Assembly: GCA_965217585.1 (NCBI GenBank)
Contig: OZ244561.1
Location: 5,088,001 to 5,152,000, forward strand
Origin: Candidatus Latescibacterota bacterium
GTDB lineage: Bacteria; Latescibacterota; UBA2968; UBA8231
Direction of reading: 5' to 3'
Length of the DNA: 64,000 bases
In this document: piece after piece, positions 20,721 through 31,496 of the stretch
Layout of the letters: each line of letters begins with the position of its first letter
Position numbering within the stretch: the first letter of the stretch is position 1
Program-made: the position numbers and the translations under genes
The notes under the pieces: model-generated
Told to the model about the DNA's origin: nothing
The model's input: the letters and a program-made list of their open reading frames with translations, nothing else
Database searches by the model: none

Positions 20721-21036
20721 GCTTGCTGTTCTCTTTCGATTTGATTGCACTTCCCGTGTTTCCAGCAATTTCCTTTTCTCATCGTCAGTGGATGCAAAAA
20801 GGCTTCCAAGGCTCTCCACGATGAAATCCCTGAAAACATCTACCTGATGTGCCGTTGCAGTATTATCTACTATTGTCAATATCGGCCTCTGCATATCGTT
20901 CCGCATTGGGATGTCCATGCCTTCTTCCTCCTAAGTCAAAAATGAACCAGCGCCACCAGCCGAGCGCCCGGTATCAGCAACGAGATCTCCTTGCCTCTCT
21001 CAGTCGTTGAGATCCATAGCGCCGCTCCTTTGGGAC

Positions 21037-24000
21037 TCAGTAACCACTAATCACTAATTCTGCCTGCTCTAGGACGGTGCGCGTCGCTTGCTCCTGCTTG
21101 TCCGGCGGGTAGCCGTGGCGTCTCAGCGTGCGCTTAACCAACGTGCGCAGCTTAGCACGCACGTTCTCTCGCAGCGTCCAGTCGATGGTGACGTTGTTGC
21201 GGACGGTCTCGACTAACTCGCGGGCTATGTTGCACAGGGTCTCGTCGCCCAAGATTTGGACGGCGCTGTCGTTGGTCTCCAGCGCGTCGTAGAAGGCCAG
21301 CTCGTCTTCAGTAAGGCCTAGTTGCTCGCCACGGGCGTTGGCCTCGCGCATCTCCTTGGCAAGCCCAATTAGTTCCTCGATCACCTGCGCGGCCTCGATG
21401 GCCCGATTCTGATAGCGGCGCAGGGTCTGCTCTAGCATCTCGGCGAAAGAACGCGCTTGCACTACGTTTTTTCGCCGGCGGGTAGTGAGTTCGCCCTTGA
21501 GCAGCTTCTGAAGCAGTTCCACGGCGAGGTTGCGCTGCGGCATCCCCTTTACCTCGGCGAGGAATTCGTCTGATAGTACCGAGAGGTCCGGCTTTTCCAG
21601 CCCGGCCGCAGCAAAGATATCCATTACTCCCTCGGAAGCCACGGCCTGCGAGATGAGCTGGCGCACCGCGTGGTCCATTTCCTCCTTGGACCGTGCGCCG
21701 CCAGGGGCGCTCTTGGCGAGCACGGATTGCACGGCTTGGAAGAACCCCACGTCGTCCCGGATGTGCAGGGCGTCCTCGTGCGGCACGGCCAAGGCAAAGG
21801 CTTGGGACAGCTCGCGCACGGCCTGCACGCAGCGGTCTTTCCCGTCTTCTTGTGCCAAGATGTGTTCCTGAGCGACGGGCAACAGGCCCAGCCGTTCCTG
21901 CGGTGTACCGCTGATCCACTTCGACCGGTCGAACCCGTAGAACAGGCCACAGCAGATCTCGTACTTTTCCAGCATCACGGCCACGGCCTCGCTTTGATCC
22001 AGTGCCGTTTGCCCCGTGCCTCCGCTCTCGGTGTACGTGGCAAGGGCGCGTCTTAGCTCCTGGGCCAGCCCCAAGTAATCCACCACGAGACCGCCGGGTT
22101 TGTCCTTGAACACGCGGTTGACTCGGGCGATGGACTGCATCAGCCCGTGGCCGCGCATGGGCTTGTCCACATACATAGTGTGCAGGCTCGGCGCGTCAAA
22201 GCCGGTCAGCCACATGTCGCGCACGATCACCATGTGCAGCGGATCGGCGGCGGCGCGGAACCGCTTGGCTAGGGCCTCGCGCCGGGGCTTGTTGCGGATG
22301 TGCGGTTGCCATTCCAGCGGGTCGGATGCCGAGCCGGTCATCACGACCTTGATGGCTCCCTGCATGTCGTCCTCGCTATGCCAGTCGGGGCGCAGGCTTA
22401 CCAGTTCGCGGTAGAGGTCAATGCAGATGCGGCGGCTCATACAGACGACCATCGCCTTGCCGTCTAGGGCTTCGAGGCGCTGCTCAAAGTGCTGGACGAT
22501 GTCTTGGGCGATCAGCTTCAGCCGCTCCTTTGTGCCGACGAGGGCCTCCAACTGCGCCCACTTGGTCTTGATCTTCTCCTTGCGCTCTACCTCCTCGCCC
22601 TCGGTCACTTCCTCGAACTTGGGGTCGATGAGCGGACGTTCGCGTTCGTTTAGGGCCAGCTTGGCGAGCCTGCTCTCGTAGTAGATGGGCACCGTGGCTC
22701 CATCCTCGACCGAGCGCTGGATGTCGTAGATGCTGATGTAGTCGCCGAACACGGCGCGGGTGTTGGCATCCTGCCGCTCGATGGGAGTACCGGTGAAGCC
22801 GACAAAGGAAGCCTGTGGCAGGGCGTCGCGCAGATGCCGTGCGAAGCCGTCGATGAAGTCGTACTGGCTGCGATGAGCCTCGTCGGCGATGACCACGATG
22901 TTGGGTCGCGGGGAAAGCACTGGATGCGCGTCGCCCTTCTCTTCGGGGAAAAACTTCTGGATGGTCGTGAAGACCACACCGCCCGATTCGACCGAGAGCT
23001 TGCTGCGCAGGTCGGCCCGGCTGTCCGCCTGCACCGGCGACTGGCGCAGCAGGTCCTGGCAGCGAGAAAAGGTGCTGAAGAGCTGGTTATCCAAGTCATT
23101 GCGGTCGGTCAGCACGACGATGGTGGGATTTTCCATGGCCAGCTCGCGGATGATGCACCCGGCATAGAAGACCATAGTCAGACTTTTGCCCGACCCTTGC
23201 GTGTGCCAGACCACACCGATGCGCCGATCGCCGGGGTCGCCACCGGGCTGTTGGCCCGATTCGTAGCGCCCTAGGTCATCGCCGATACGCTCTGCTGATC
23301 GCTGCAATTGGGCGGCCCGCAAGGTCTCGTCAGCGGCGACCCGGACCGCGTGGTACTGGTGATAGCCGGCCATCTTCTTGACGAGCGCAGCGCTACCATC
23401 GTCCTCAAACGCGATGAAGTCGCGTACGAGGGCCAGAAACCGCCCCGGCTCGCAGACGCCCTCCAAGGCGACCTGTAACTCCGGCTTATTGGGATCGGCT
23501 AGCGTTTCGCCGGTGATGGTGCGCCAAGGCTTGAACCACTCCCGTCCGGCAGTGAGTGTGCCGATGCGAGCCTGTGTTCCGTCCGACACCATCAGCAGTT
23601 CATTGAACGCAAACAGCGTCGGCAATTCGGCCTTATAGGTCTGGAATTGTTGCCAAGCCGTCCAGATGGTGGCGTCTTCGTCCGCTGGGTTCTTGAGTTC
23701 GATCACGTCCAGCGGTAGGCCGTTGACGAATAGCACGATGTCCGGGCGGCGGGTATGCCGGTTTTCGGAGACGGTGAACTGATTGACTGCCAGCCAGTCG
23801 TTGGCTCCCACATCGTCGAAGTTGATTATCTGCGCTTGCATTCCACGGATCGAACCGTCACTGGCCCGATATTCGACCGTCACGCCGTCTACTAGCATCT
23901 GGTGAAAAGTGCGGTTGCGCACTTCGAGGGTTACGCCTACCGGGAGGGTCAGCTTGCGGAAGGCATCGTCGAGAGCATCAGCCGGTAACAAGGGATTTAG

Positions 24001-24171
24001 CCGGGCCAAGGCGTCACGCAACCGCTGTTCCAAGATGACTTGACCGTAGTCAGTGCGCTCCGCGTCAACAGCGCCGGGGGCGATGTCTGGTCCGTGGGCA
24101 ATCGTCCAACCGAGATTTTCGAGATAGGCGAGAGCGGCGTCTTCGACGACGGCTTCGGTGAGGGTGGTCAT
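21037..24171 (-). CDS. hsdR: Type I restriction enzyme R subunit
   Basis: [18 protein letters not shown] nuclease motif, WHTQGSGKS Walker A, DEAH box, [17 protein letters not shown]. Confidence 0.97.
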   Translation of the reverse strand: MTTLTEAVVEDAALAYLENLGWTIAHGPDIAPGAVDAERTDYGQVILEQRLRDALARLNPLLPADALDDAFRKLTLPVGVTLEVRNRTFHQMLVDGVTVEYRASDGSIRGMQAQIINFDDVGANDWLAVNQFTVSENRHTRRPDIVLFVNGLPLDVIELKNPADEDATIWTAWQQFQTYKAELPTLFAFNELLMVSDGTQARIGTLTAGREWFKPWRTITGETLADPNKPELQVALEGVCEPGRFLALVRDFIAFEDDGSAALVKKMAGYHQYHAVRVAADETLRAAQLQRSAERIGDDLGRYESGQQPGGDPGDRRIGVVWHTQGSGKSLTMVFYAGCIIRELAMENPTIVVLTDRNDLDNQLFSTFSRCQDLLRQSPVQADSRADLRSKLSVESGGVVFTTIQKFFPEEKGDAHPVLSPRPNIVVIADEAHRSQYDFIDGFARHLRDALPQASFVGFTGTPIERQDANTRAVFGDYISIYDIQRSVEDGATVPIYYESRLAKLALNERERPLIDPKFEEVTEGEEVERKEKIKTKWAQLEALVGTKERLKLIAQDIVQHFEQRLEALDGKAMVVCMSRRICIDLYRELVSLRPDWHSEDDMQGAIKVVMTGSASDPLEWQPHIRNKPRREALAKRFRAAADPLHMVIVRDMWLTGFDAPSLHTMYVDKPMRGHGLMQSIARVNRVFKDKPGGLVVDYLGLAQELRRALATYTESGGTGQTALDQSEAVAVMLEKYEICCGLFYGFDRSKWISGTPQERLGLLPVAQEHILAQEDGKDRCVQAVRELSQAFALAVPHEDALHIRDDVGFFQAVQSVLAKSAPGGARSKEEMDHAVRQLISQAVASEGVMDIFAAAGLEKPDLSVLSDEFLAEVKGMPQRNLAVELLQKLLKGELTTRRRKNVVQARSFAEMLEQTLRRYQNRAIEAAQVIEELIGLAKEMREANARGEQLGLTEDELAFYDALETNDSAVQILGDETLCNIARELVETVRNNVTIDWTLRENVRAKLRTLVKRTLRRHGYPPDKQEQATRTVLEQAELVISGY

Positions 24172-24187
24172 TGAGATTTTCTATTAC

Positions 24188-24952
24188 TCATGCGGCAAGT
24201 TCCTCCCGCACATCCTCCCGCTGGCTCCACATCACCGGTCTCACATCGTAGCTTCGTAGAGCATCCAGCGCAGCCAGAGGCACCGTCTGCTCCGAGTCAT
24301 TCAGCAGTACATATGCACGCGATTCGGGGGTACGCACCTCCTTCGTGTCGATCCATGAGAGAACCACTGCCTGAGCGGTGTTGCGATTCGGTCGGTTGAT
24401 TGTCTGGATGATGCGCTCCGGTTGCTGCCGTGACTTCGGAATCACGAAATCGAAGAGATGATCGTACCCGGTCTTTCCAGTGAACTTTACCTGTGGCGTA
24501 TAGCGAATGTCATGCACATCCAGCCAAGCAACGACATCTTCGTAGAACAAGCTCGACACCATAGGCACCGATAGATAGAACATATCATTGACGGCAAGCA
24601 TGGACTGCACAAGGTTGTGTTTACGCAGCGCGAAATTGTCGGGCGACGCATGAACCTGCAACGCCTTGCCGTCCTGCTGCACACCGAAGCCGTTGAGCGT
24701 CATCTTGAGCAGGTCTTGACGTTTGCGGCTTTTGAGATTGCAACCGCTTTGTGCCAAGTCGTCAATCGTATATCCGTCGTCCGTCAGCACAAATCCTCCG
24801 TTGGCTTCCTTGGCGTAGATCTGCACATAGTCGTTATGGCGATCGAGATAGGGCGTGGTGATCTCGACCCATTGGCCAACCTCCCGTAGTACAGTCTTGT
24901 CCCGGAGCCACAAGTGGTAGTCATTGAGCAAATTCTGAATGTCCTGAATCAT
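24188..24952 (-). CDS. DUF1828/DUF1829 domain protein (C-terminal restriction-endonuclease-like fold)
   Basis: [39 protein letters not shown]. Confidence 0.8.
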   Translation of the reverse strand: MIQDIQNLLNDYHLWLRDKTVLREVGQWVEITTPYLDRHNDYVQIYAKEANGGFVLTDDGYTIDDLAQSGCNLKSRKRQDLLKMTLNGFGVQQDGKALQVHASPDNFALRKHNLVQSMLAVNDMFYLSVPMVSSLFYEDVVAWLDVHDIRYTPQVKFTGKTGYDHLFDFVIPKSRQQPERIIQTINRPNRNTAQAVVLSWIDTKEVRTPESRAYVLLNDSEQTVPLAALDALRSYDVRPVMWSQREDVREELAA

Positions 24953-25398
24953 GTGAGTAGCTCCTGTTTGACGTTGGGTGGCCGAGTGATATTGCAGAAC
25001 CGCATGAAGTCTTCAAATGTCATCCACACGTCGGCGACTGCACGGAACTGGTCCGTCGGAACAGGCATAGCCCACTTATCGCCGTAGCCTTCGCGGTAAA
25101 CGTGGAGGTGGGGCACCGGGATCTCTTTACCATCCGGGTTACGATGTGGGGCACCGCCCAAGTCGAGACGAACGAGCACGACGACTTGCCGCCCCCGCGT
25201 CTGCATCTTGACCTTTTTTAGATTGATGCGACCGCGGCTCAGGTCGAGCAGGAACTGCTCTCGCCTGTCGGCGGACTGAAGCGGCAGGACTACGGACTCG
25301 CCCCCCATTGGGAAGTCAGTCCGATCATCTGTTACGCGGTGTTTTTCCATGGCTATCAAAGCGTCCGCCTCCGCTTGAGTAAGGCTTATGTCTGCCAT
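24949..25398 (-). CDS. DUF6978-like protein
   Basis: [36 protein letters not shown]...FMRFCNI; ATGA overlap with the DUF1828/9 gene. Confidence 0.7.
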   Translation of the reverse strand: MADISLTQAEADALIAMEKHRVTDDRTDFPMGGESVVLPLQSADRREQFLLDLSRGRINLKKVKMQTRGRQVVVLVRLDLGGAPHRNPDGKEIPVPHLHVYREGYGDKWAMPVPTDQFRAVADVWMTFEDFMRFCNITRPPNVKQELLT

Positions 25399-25458
25399 TC
25401 GAGTTTCAGTCCTTTATTGGCGTTCTGCCAGCCCCCTTGGATCGCTTGGGTTCCCTCT

Positions 25459-26424
25459 TCACGAGTGTGCTTGGAACTCAGCGACTGCATGTTTCGCGAG
25501 CTTGCCAACAATTCTGGCGACTTCACGAACGTCACTCGATGCAAGTGTGATCTTTCGACCGACTACAGCGTCGATATCGTCCGTCTTACGGATGTAGGCT
25601 TCATCTACCACGCCCATTTTGTGGGACAAAAGATTCCGTTTCTGAAATCCACGAGTGACCTCTTCCCACTCCTGTGCTGTTATCCCATCGGAGAGGTCAA
25701 TATCAAACAATGCCGACAATTTTTTCTGGGCACCTCGCAGGTCTTGAAAGGATATTTTCTCCGCTCTGATAGGATTGATCGCCTTCTCGGCATGAACGCG
25801 ACAGATTTCTCGGCCGAAGCCATCGAAAGCCGAAATACAGTCTTCCAATGCGTTCTCAATGAGTCTTTCGGATACGTCCTTATCATCTGCCTTAGCTGCT
25901 AGACCCAACATCTTCTCCACCAGTTCGAGGTTCTTATCAAAAATCTGAGATGAATTGTGCTGGCCGCAGTCCGGGCAAAAAGCGAACACGCCATAGACAG
26001 CGTATCGCAGCGTGCAGCTATCGCATACAATTTCGGTCTCAAGCTTCTTTTCCCTGAATTTATGAATCGGAGTCAGGCGACTCGGGCTGACTTTCATCGA
26101 AATACCAATGCCGAACGCGCCCTTGGGTTTGTGATTGAACTATAGCTTCTTGAGGTCCTTGTGGAACGCATCCGTTATCTTCCGTATAGCAACGGATTTG
26201 GCGTATTCGATCTGTGCCTTTGTCCAAAATTGATCATGGCCAGCAGTATGATCGCAGTAAGGGCAGTGACAGGGGATGCCCACACCTTTGAGGCCTGTAC
26301 CAAGTTCGATCTTGAAGTATCCTTCGCAATCTGCCTGTGGGCATTCACGGCCAGTGAAGCCGTCGTCATCAGCCGGGATTGAAATCGACATGCTGCTGCC
26401 AAGCCTCCGAAGGTGATTCATCAA
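25459..26424 (-). pseudogene. Zn-ribbon + HEPN-like protein interrupted by one in-frame TAG (26140-26142)
   Basis: ORFs 26140-26424 and 25459-26097 are in frame; junction reads KKL*FNHKPKGAFGIGISMKV; Cys pairs (CPQADC, CPYC, CDSC, CPDC) and HEPN-type RNLLSH. Confidence 0.75.
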
Positions 26425-27620
26425 ATTGTCCTCCTAGTGAATTGCTTTGTATCCCTCACCCACAACTCGCCCGACATCAACTTCGGCAACAGCGCGTCCC
26501 TTAAAGCGGCGAGGGTGCGGGATTCTTCCTCCAGACGATGGCGACGTGTGAATATTTCAATGGCATAATGATTGAATTCGTCTATCACCTGTTTATCAGG
26601 GACAAGCTGCCTGTTCATATACGCGAGATTCCGATTGAGACCCGGCACCGCCGAATCAGCCGCAATGGACGGGAGGTCTTGAGTAGTCAAGGCAAAGAAC
26701 AGAAAGGGCAAATCTCCTTCTGTATTTCTTGGAACGACATAAAACGTCGTGTCGATTGGGAAGAAATCGCTATGCGCCCATGTGACGATGCCTGGGTTGC
26801 CCTTCCTGCCAACAACAATGCCTGGACCGGCTGCTAATTTCTTGTCGTGCCATCCTACTTGTCCGTTTGAGCCATATACCGGAATGGAGCCATTCTTCCG
26901 GTCGTCTGCTTTCAGAGCTTTGCCGTAGGCCAGTTCGATAAGCTCCCCCAGTGCCTTTACCTCCCATCTCTCCGGTATCTCCCCCAACTCCGATTCCACC
27001 AGCCGGTCAGGAAAGAGATCGGCAACATCCGGCGGCAGCCCGGTATCCCGCCCTTCCATCTTGGCACGAACTGGATCGAAATCGACGAACCACGACTTGA
27101 ACAGCGCCCGCGCCATCTCCTCCAGCGTCTCATTCATGCGCCGGTTGAGTTCAATCTTGTCGTCGAGGGTGCCGAGGATGTGGGCGATGGCGCGTTGCTC
27201 GCTTACATCGGTTGGATAGCGGACCGTTGCTTGGTGTAAGTGATTCCGGTTCAGGCCCGGTACCGCCGCCTTATCCGAATAGGCTAAGAAATCGAGTCCA
27301 CGAAGAAAGTAACTGATGAACCGTGGATCATTGCCCTTGAACTGTCGGACGTACAGCGTCGTGTTAAGCGGCCAGAAGTCATCCGGTACAAAGAAGACTT
27401 GGCCCAACGTACCATATCGACCAGTTACGACTCCGGGGCCTTTGACTTTGGCCTCCACGTGGTAATCTGATACCCCGGAAGACGAGACAAGAGGCACGGA
27501 CCCAGGGACACGCTTATGCTGTGGAAGATCATATCCGCGTTTAAGCTCAATCACTTCACCCAAACTGGTTTCAAGCCATTCTCCCCCGATGTCAGTGGCC
27601 ACTCCATCGCCTCTTGCCAT
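26421..27620 (-). CDS. hsdS: Type I restriction enzyme specificity subunit
   Basis: Two TRDs separated by EQRAIAHILGTLDDKIELNRRMNETLEEMARALFKSWFVDFDPV; ends LRDALLPKLMSGEL. Confidence 0.95.
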   Translation of the reverse strand: MARGDGVATDIGGEWLETSLGEVIELKRGYDLPQHKRVPGSVPLVSSSGVSDYHVEAKVKGPGVVTGRYGTLGQVFFVPDDFWPLNTTLYVRQFKGNDPRFISYFLRGLDFLAYSDKAAVPGLNRNHLHQATVRYPTDVSEQRAIAHILGTLDDKIELNRRMNETLEEMARALFKSWFVDFDPVRAKMEGRDTGLPPDVADLFPDRLVESELGEIPERWEVKALGELIELAYGKALKADDRKNGSIPVYGSNGQVGWHDKKLAAGPGIVVGRKGNPGIVTWAHSDFFPIDTTFYVVPRNTEGDLPFLFFALTTQDLPSIAADSAVPGLNRNLAYMNRQLVPDKQVIDEFNHYAIEIFTRRHRLEEESRTLAALRDALLPKLMSGELWVRDTKQFTRRTI

Positions 27621-27624
27621 AAAC

Positions 27625-27885
27625 TTACTCCAACGGTGCGATCCTGCCGGGCGGCTCTGAACGCTGCGCACGTATCCAAGCTGCCATCAGTTCGTCTTGG
27701 TGAAGGGATGCCCATTCCACCACAAGACGGCGGGCGCGGGTGGGGAGACGCCCCTCCACCACGCTGATGCTGTTTATCTCTATGACAGCTTCATGTTCAC
27801 CGTACAGCGCGTGAAAATGGGGCGGATTGTGGTCGCGAAAGTTAATGCGAATGCTGATGCCATAGAATCTACAGAGCTCAGGCAT
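27625..27885 (-). CDS. DUF4160 domain protein (putative toxin, DhiT-like)
   Basis: [30 protein letters not shown]...LVVEWASLHQDEL..W. Confidence 0.85.
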   Translation of the reverse strand: MPELCRFYGISIRINFRDHNPPHFHALYGEHEAVIEINSISVVEGRLPTRARRLVVEWASLHQDELMAAWIRAQRSEPPGRIAPLE

Positions 27886-28168
27886 CGCGGCTCTGCATTA
27901 TCTGTTTCACGCCGGGCATCACTTCCTCAACAGATTTGCCTGTGAGTTCCATGTACAGAGCATCGGCGCAAAGGTCGATGTCATCGTCCCAAGCTATAGC
28001 TCTGTGGGGAGTTATATGCACCTTCTCGAAATATCCCGGTTCGTCCCAAACCTTGAACACGCCCTTTCCGGCAAGGTGCGACAGGTCAATCTCACCGGCA
28101 GTACCATCTTGGTACCGGAGCCAGATACGGTAGCCATCGCGCGCTTCTACTTCAGTTGGTTGAATCAT
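27878..28168 (-). CDS. DUF2442 domain protein (putative antitoxin, DhiA-like)
   Basis: [17 protein letters not shown]...F.KV...[15 protein letters not shown]. Confidence 0.85.
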   Translation of the reverse strand: MIQPTEVEARDGYRIWLRYQDGTAGEIDLSHLAGKGVFKVWDEPGYFEKVHITPHRAIAWDDDIDLCADALYMELTGKSVEEVMPGVKQIMQSRDA

Positions 28169-29783
28169 TGTCTTCCTCGATTCCCTTATCAAATCCTAGC
28201 TTCTTGAGATTAGCCGCAATAGCCGCGTCCAGCCGAACGGCCTCGGCCTGCTGCTCCCGCCACTGCGCCGTGAGCCGCTGCATCTTCTCCGCAAAAGGCT
28301 CGCCATCGTCCTCCTGTACCTCGGCACCAACATAGCGCCCCGGCGTGAGGACGTAGCCATGCTTGCTAACCTCTTCCAACGACGCACTCTTGCAAAAGCC
28401 GGGAACGTCTTCGTAGTCGCCCGCTCCCTCCTCGCCTCTCCAAGCCTGATACGCACTGGCGATGCGGGTGATGTCCTCTTGGGCAAAATCGCGGTGGGTG
28501 CGATCCACCATCCAACCCAGCTTCCTCGCGTCGATAAATAGAATCTCGCCCCGACGGTCGCGGTATTTGCCATTGCGCCGGTTGCGAGACAGGAACCAGA
28601 GACAGGCTGGTATCTGAGTCGAGTAGAAAAGCTGGCCGGGCAGCGCGACCATGCAGTCCACCAAATCGGCTTCTATCAGATTCTTTCGGATGTCGCCCTC
28701 TCTCGACTGGTTAGACGACATAGAGCCATTGGCCAACACAAAGCCCGCCGCACCCGTGGGCGCGAGGTGGTGGACGATGTGCTGCACCCAAGCGAAGTTG
28801 GCATTGCCCTTCGGCGGTGCCCCGTACTGCCAGTGCTGGTCGTCTTGCAGCCGCTCGCCGCCCCAATCGGAGATGTTGAACGGCGGATTGGCGAGGACGA
28901 AGTCGGCCTTCAAGTCGGGGTGGCGGTCGTTGTGAAAGCTGTCGCCGTGGGCGATTTGGCCCTCAATGCCCCGGATCGCCAAGTTCATCTTGGCCAGCCG
29001 CCACGTAGTGTAGTTGGACTCCTGACCGTAGATGGAGATGCCAGAGCGGCCTCGGCCCCCGTTGCCGTTACCCGAGGCGTGGGCTTCGATGAATTCCACC
29101 GACTGGACGAACATGCCCGAGGAGCCGCAGCAGGGATCATAGACCCGGCCTTGGTACGGCTCCAGCATCTCGACTAGGAGCTTGACTACGCTGCGCGGGG
29201 TGTAAAACTCGCCACCTCGCTTGCCTTCGGCGCTGGCAAACTGCGAAAGGAAGTACTCATACACGCGGCCCAGCACATCCTTGGAGCGAGCCTCGGCGTC
29301 GCCGACGGTGATATTGCTCACAAGGTCTATGAGCTGTCCAAGCCGCTGCTTGTCCAAGATGGGCCGGGCGTAGTCCTTGGGCAGCACATCCTTGAGGGCG
29401 AGGTTGTCGCGCTCGATACCGGCCATAGCCTCGTCCACGACTTGGCCGATGGTGGGCTGCCGCGCCTGCTCCTTGAGACGGGACCAGCGGGCCTCAACAG
29501 GCACCCAGAAAATGTTCTCGGCGCGGTACTCGTCCGGGTCCTCGGGATCGGCCCCTTGGCTGCTCTCCGCCTCCAGCCGGGCATATGCTTCCTCGAAAGC
29601 ATCGGATATGTACTTGAGGAAGATAAGGCCGAGGACGACGTGCTTGTACTCGGCAGCGTCCATGCTGCCCCGGAGGGCATCTGCCATCTGCCATAGCTCA
29701 GCCTCGTAGCCGGTGGTGGCCCCATTGCCGGTCTGCTCACTCTCTTTGTTGGTAGGTGTCCGTCTCTGTCGCGTTGTCGTCAT
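28152..29783 (-). CDS. hsdM: Type I restriction-modification N6-adenine methyltransferase subunit
   Basis: [27 protein letters not shown] (motif I), NPPF (motif IV). Confidence 0.97.
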   Translation of the reverse strand: MTTTRQRRTPTNKESEQTGNGATTGYEAELWQMADALRGSMDAAEYKHVVLGLIFLKYISDAFEEAYARLEAESSQGADPEDPDEYRAENIFWVPVEARWSRLKEQARQPTIGQVVDEAMAGIERDNLALKDVLPKDYARPILDKQRLGQLIDLVSNITVGDAEARSKDVLGRVYEYFLSQFASAEGKRGGEFYTPRSVVKLLVEMLEPYQGRVYDPCCGSSGMFVQSVEFIEAHASGNGNGGRGRSGISIYGQESNYTTWRLAKMNLAIRGIEGQIAHGDSFHNDRHPDLKADFVLANPPFNISDWGGERLQDDQHWQYGAPPKGNANFAWVQHIVHHLAPTGAAGFVLANGSMSSNQSREGDIRKNLIEADLVDCMVALPGQLFYSTQIPACLWFLSRNRRNGKYRDRRGEILFIDARKLGWMVDRTHRDFAQEDITRIASAYQAWRGEEGAGDYEDVPGFCKSASLEEVSKHGYVLTPGRYVGAEVQEDDGEPFAEKMQRLTAQWREQQAEAVRLDAAIAANLKKLGFDKGIEEDNDSTN

Positions 29784-29795
29784 TGTATTCCACTT

Positions 29796-30209
29796 CTAAG
29801 CGGGCCATCGCGCGGTGCCGATGGCGTAATACTTGTGTACGAAAGGTGGTTTAGTGCGCGAAGCGTTCCACAGGCGCAGGGAGCCGTCGGCTAGGCGCAA
29901 GAGCGAATGGCTAGTGGTAAAGTGCGATTCCCATGGCCGCGAAGGGTCGGGGCCGAAGATCGGATTGTGAGGGCTTTTAGTCCAGTTGAGGCCGTCTTCG
30001 CTGACGGCAAATCCGATGGAGGTTTTCATGACCTCGGGTGGATAGCTGCTATAGCCGCTGTACCACATGTAATAGCGCTCGTTTTCCAAAGCGACACAGG
30101 GAGCAAAAAGGTGGGTGTCGTCAAATTGACCGGCTGCGCCCAAGGACAGACAGGGTGCATCAACGTCTCGCTCCCAAGGTTGTGGATCCAGCCATTGGTT
30201 TTTGTCCAT
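29796..30209 (-). pseudogene. Internally deleted five-bladed beta-propeller glycosidase (GH32/43/130-like)
   Basis: Only 137 aa but has a first-blade motif (FDDTHLFAPCV..YYMWYSG) joined to a last-blade motif (IGFAVSEDGLNWTKSPHNPIF). Confidence 0.55.
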
Positions 30210-30283
30210 GATCTATTTTCGCCATTTGAAGGTGATGGCAGGGCTTGATACATTTTTCGTTCCGCTGCCATGTCAGCACGGCC

Positions 30284-31372
30284 TTATTTGGCCAACCCCC
30301 GCTCGACCTTCCGCTCAAACTCGCGCATCTCATCCGCTCCGTCTAACACGCCGATTTCCATGTTGAACTCGCGCACCTCGCCCGGTTCGATGTACTGCAA
30401 AGTCCCGTGCTTGCGGTTCCAAGCGCGGCCCAGCACCGAGCAGTTGCCCGGCTCAATGCCGGTGACGTAGGTGCCCTTGTGGAAGTGCTGCCAGTGGTTG
30501 ACGATAGGGATCTCGCTGTGCTTGAACTGCCAATACAATCCTAAGCCCAGCTTTTCGTTGAGCAGGCCGATGTGGACGCGTCCTTGGCGATCGGTGCGGG
30601 GCCGATGCACGTACACATCGTCGTGGGCGCGCGGTTGCGGCCCTTTGGCCACGGTGTAGTCCTCGGGGCCGACGGGGCGGTCCGCGGTCCACTCGGTGCT
30701 CTGGCGGCTGTGGAGGACGAGGCGGGTCCCTTCGTCGAGGAGGGGGAAGCCGGGGTTGCAGTGATAGACGAACATGAGCGGCGAGCGGTCGGCAGCGAGG
30801 TTTTCGATGCGGTCGCGGATGTGGATGTTGCGCTCACCGAGTACGGTCGAAATCTCGCGCGACAGCTCTAAATTTTCGGCAAAGACCTCGGCCTGGCGCA
30901 TCTGGCCGCGGATGCGCACGACGTAATCCGCGCCCTCCCAACTCGCCTCAATGCCGACGTTTTTCGCCGGGATGTACGAGAGGCGGCCGTGCAGGGGCAT
31001 TTCGGCGTTTTCTTCTTCGGGATCGACTTCTGGGTGGCCGACAAAGTCGAGTCCGCAAGAGGTTACTAGCCCGCCGAACCAGCCGCGCCCCCATTTGAAG
31101 CCCTCTGGCTCGTAGAAGGCCGGTCCAACATCTCCGGGGCCGGAGCGGAAGCACAGCGACTGGCCCTTGTAATGGGCCGAGGCAATGTCGAGGGCGCGGC
31201 CGGGCAAGACGGAAAACCCCAAGCCCGAAGCGTTGAACACGTCGATGAGGTCGGCACCGCGCTCGAAGCCTTCGCGGCGCTCGGCGCGGCGGGCGTACAT
31301 GAGTTGGCTGATGTCGCCGACGCGGTTGAGAAGCTGGCGGCGGGTGAAGTTGCGACCAAAGAGCTTGGGCAT
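30284..31372 (-). CDS. Aldose 1-epimerase family protein (DUF4432)
   Basis: VLPGRALDI, TSCGL, LHGRLS, YHCNPGFP, YVTGIEPGN. Confidence 0.85.
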   Translation of the reverse strand: MPKLFGRNFTRRQLLNRVGDISQLMYARRAERREGFERGADLIDVFNASGLGFSVLPGRALDIASAHYKGQSLCFRSGPGDVGPAFYEPEGFKWGRGWFGGLVTSCGLDFVGHPEVDPEEENAEMPLHGRLSYIPAKNVGIEASWEGADYVVRIRGQMRQAEVFAENLELSREISTVLGERNIHIRDRIENLAADRSPLMFVYHCNPGFPLLDEGTRLVLHSRQSTEWTADRPVGPEDYTVAKGPQPRAHDDVYVHRPRTDRQGRVHIGLLNEKLGLGLYWQFKHSEIPIVNHWQHFHKGTYVTGIEPGNCSVLGRAWNRKHGTLQYIEPGEVREFNMEIGVLDGADEMREFERKVERGLAK

Positions 31373-31496
31373 GAGGAACCTCCTATAGTAAATGCTGAGA
31401 TGCGGTTTAGGAAAAAAGGGTTAGGTTTTGCATGGTAAAACAATACATATAGGTTTTTCTTGCCAACCCGAACCCATTGAGAGGAGTGCAGCAGGC

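Noticed and set aside
20595-20918. 107-aa ORF as a real gene
   Set aside because: Spans a compositional junction near 20725; its 3' half overlaps the beta-helix remnant in another frame, so it is likely chimeric
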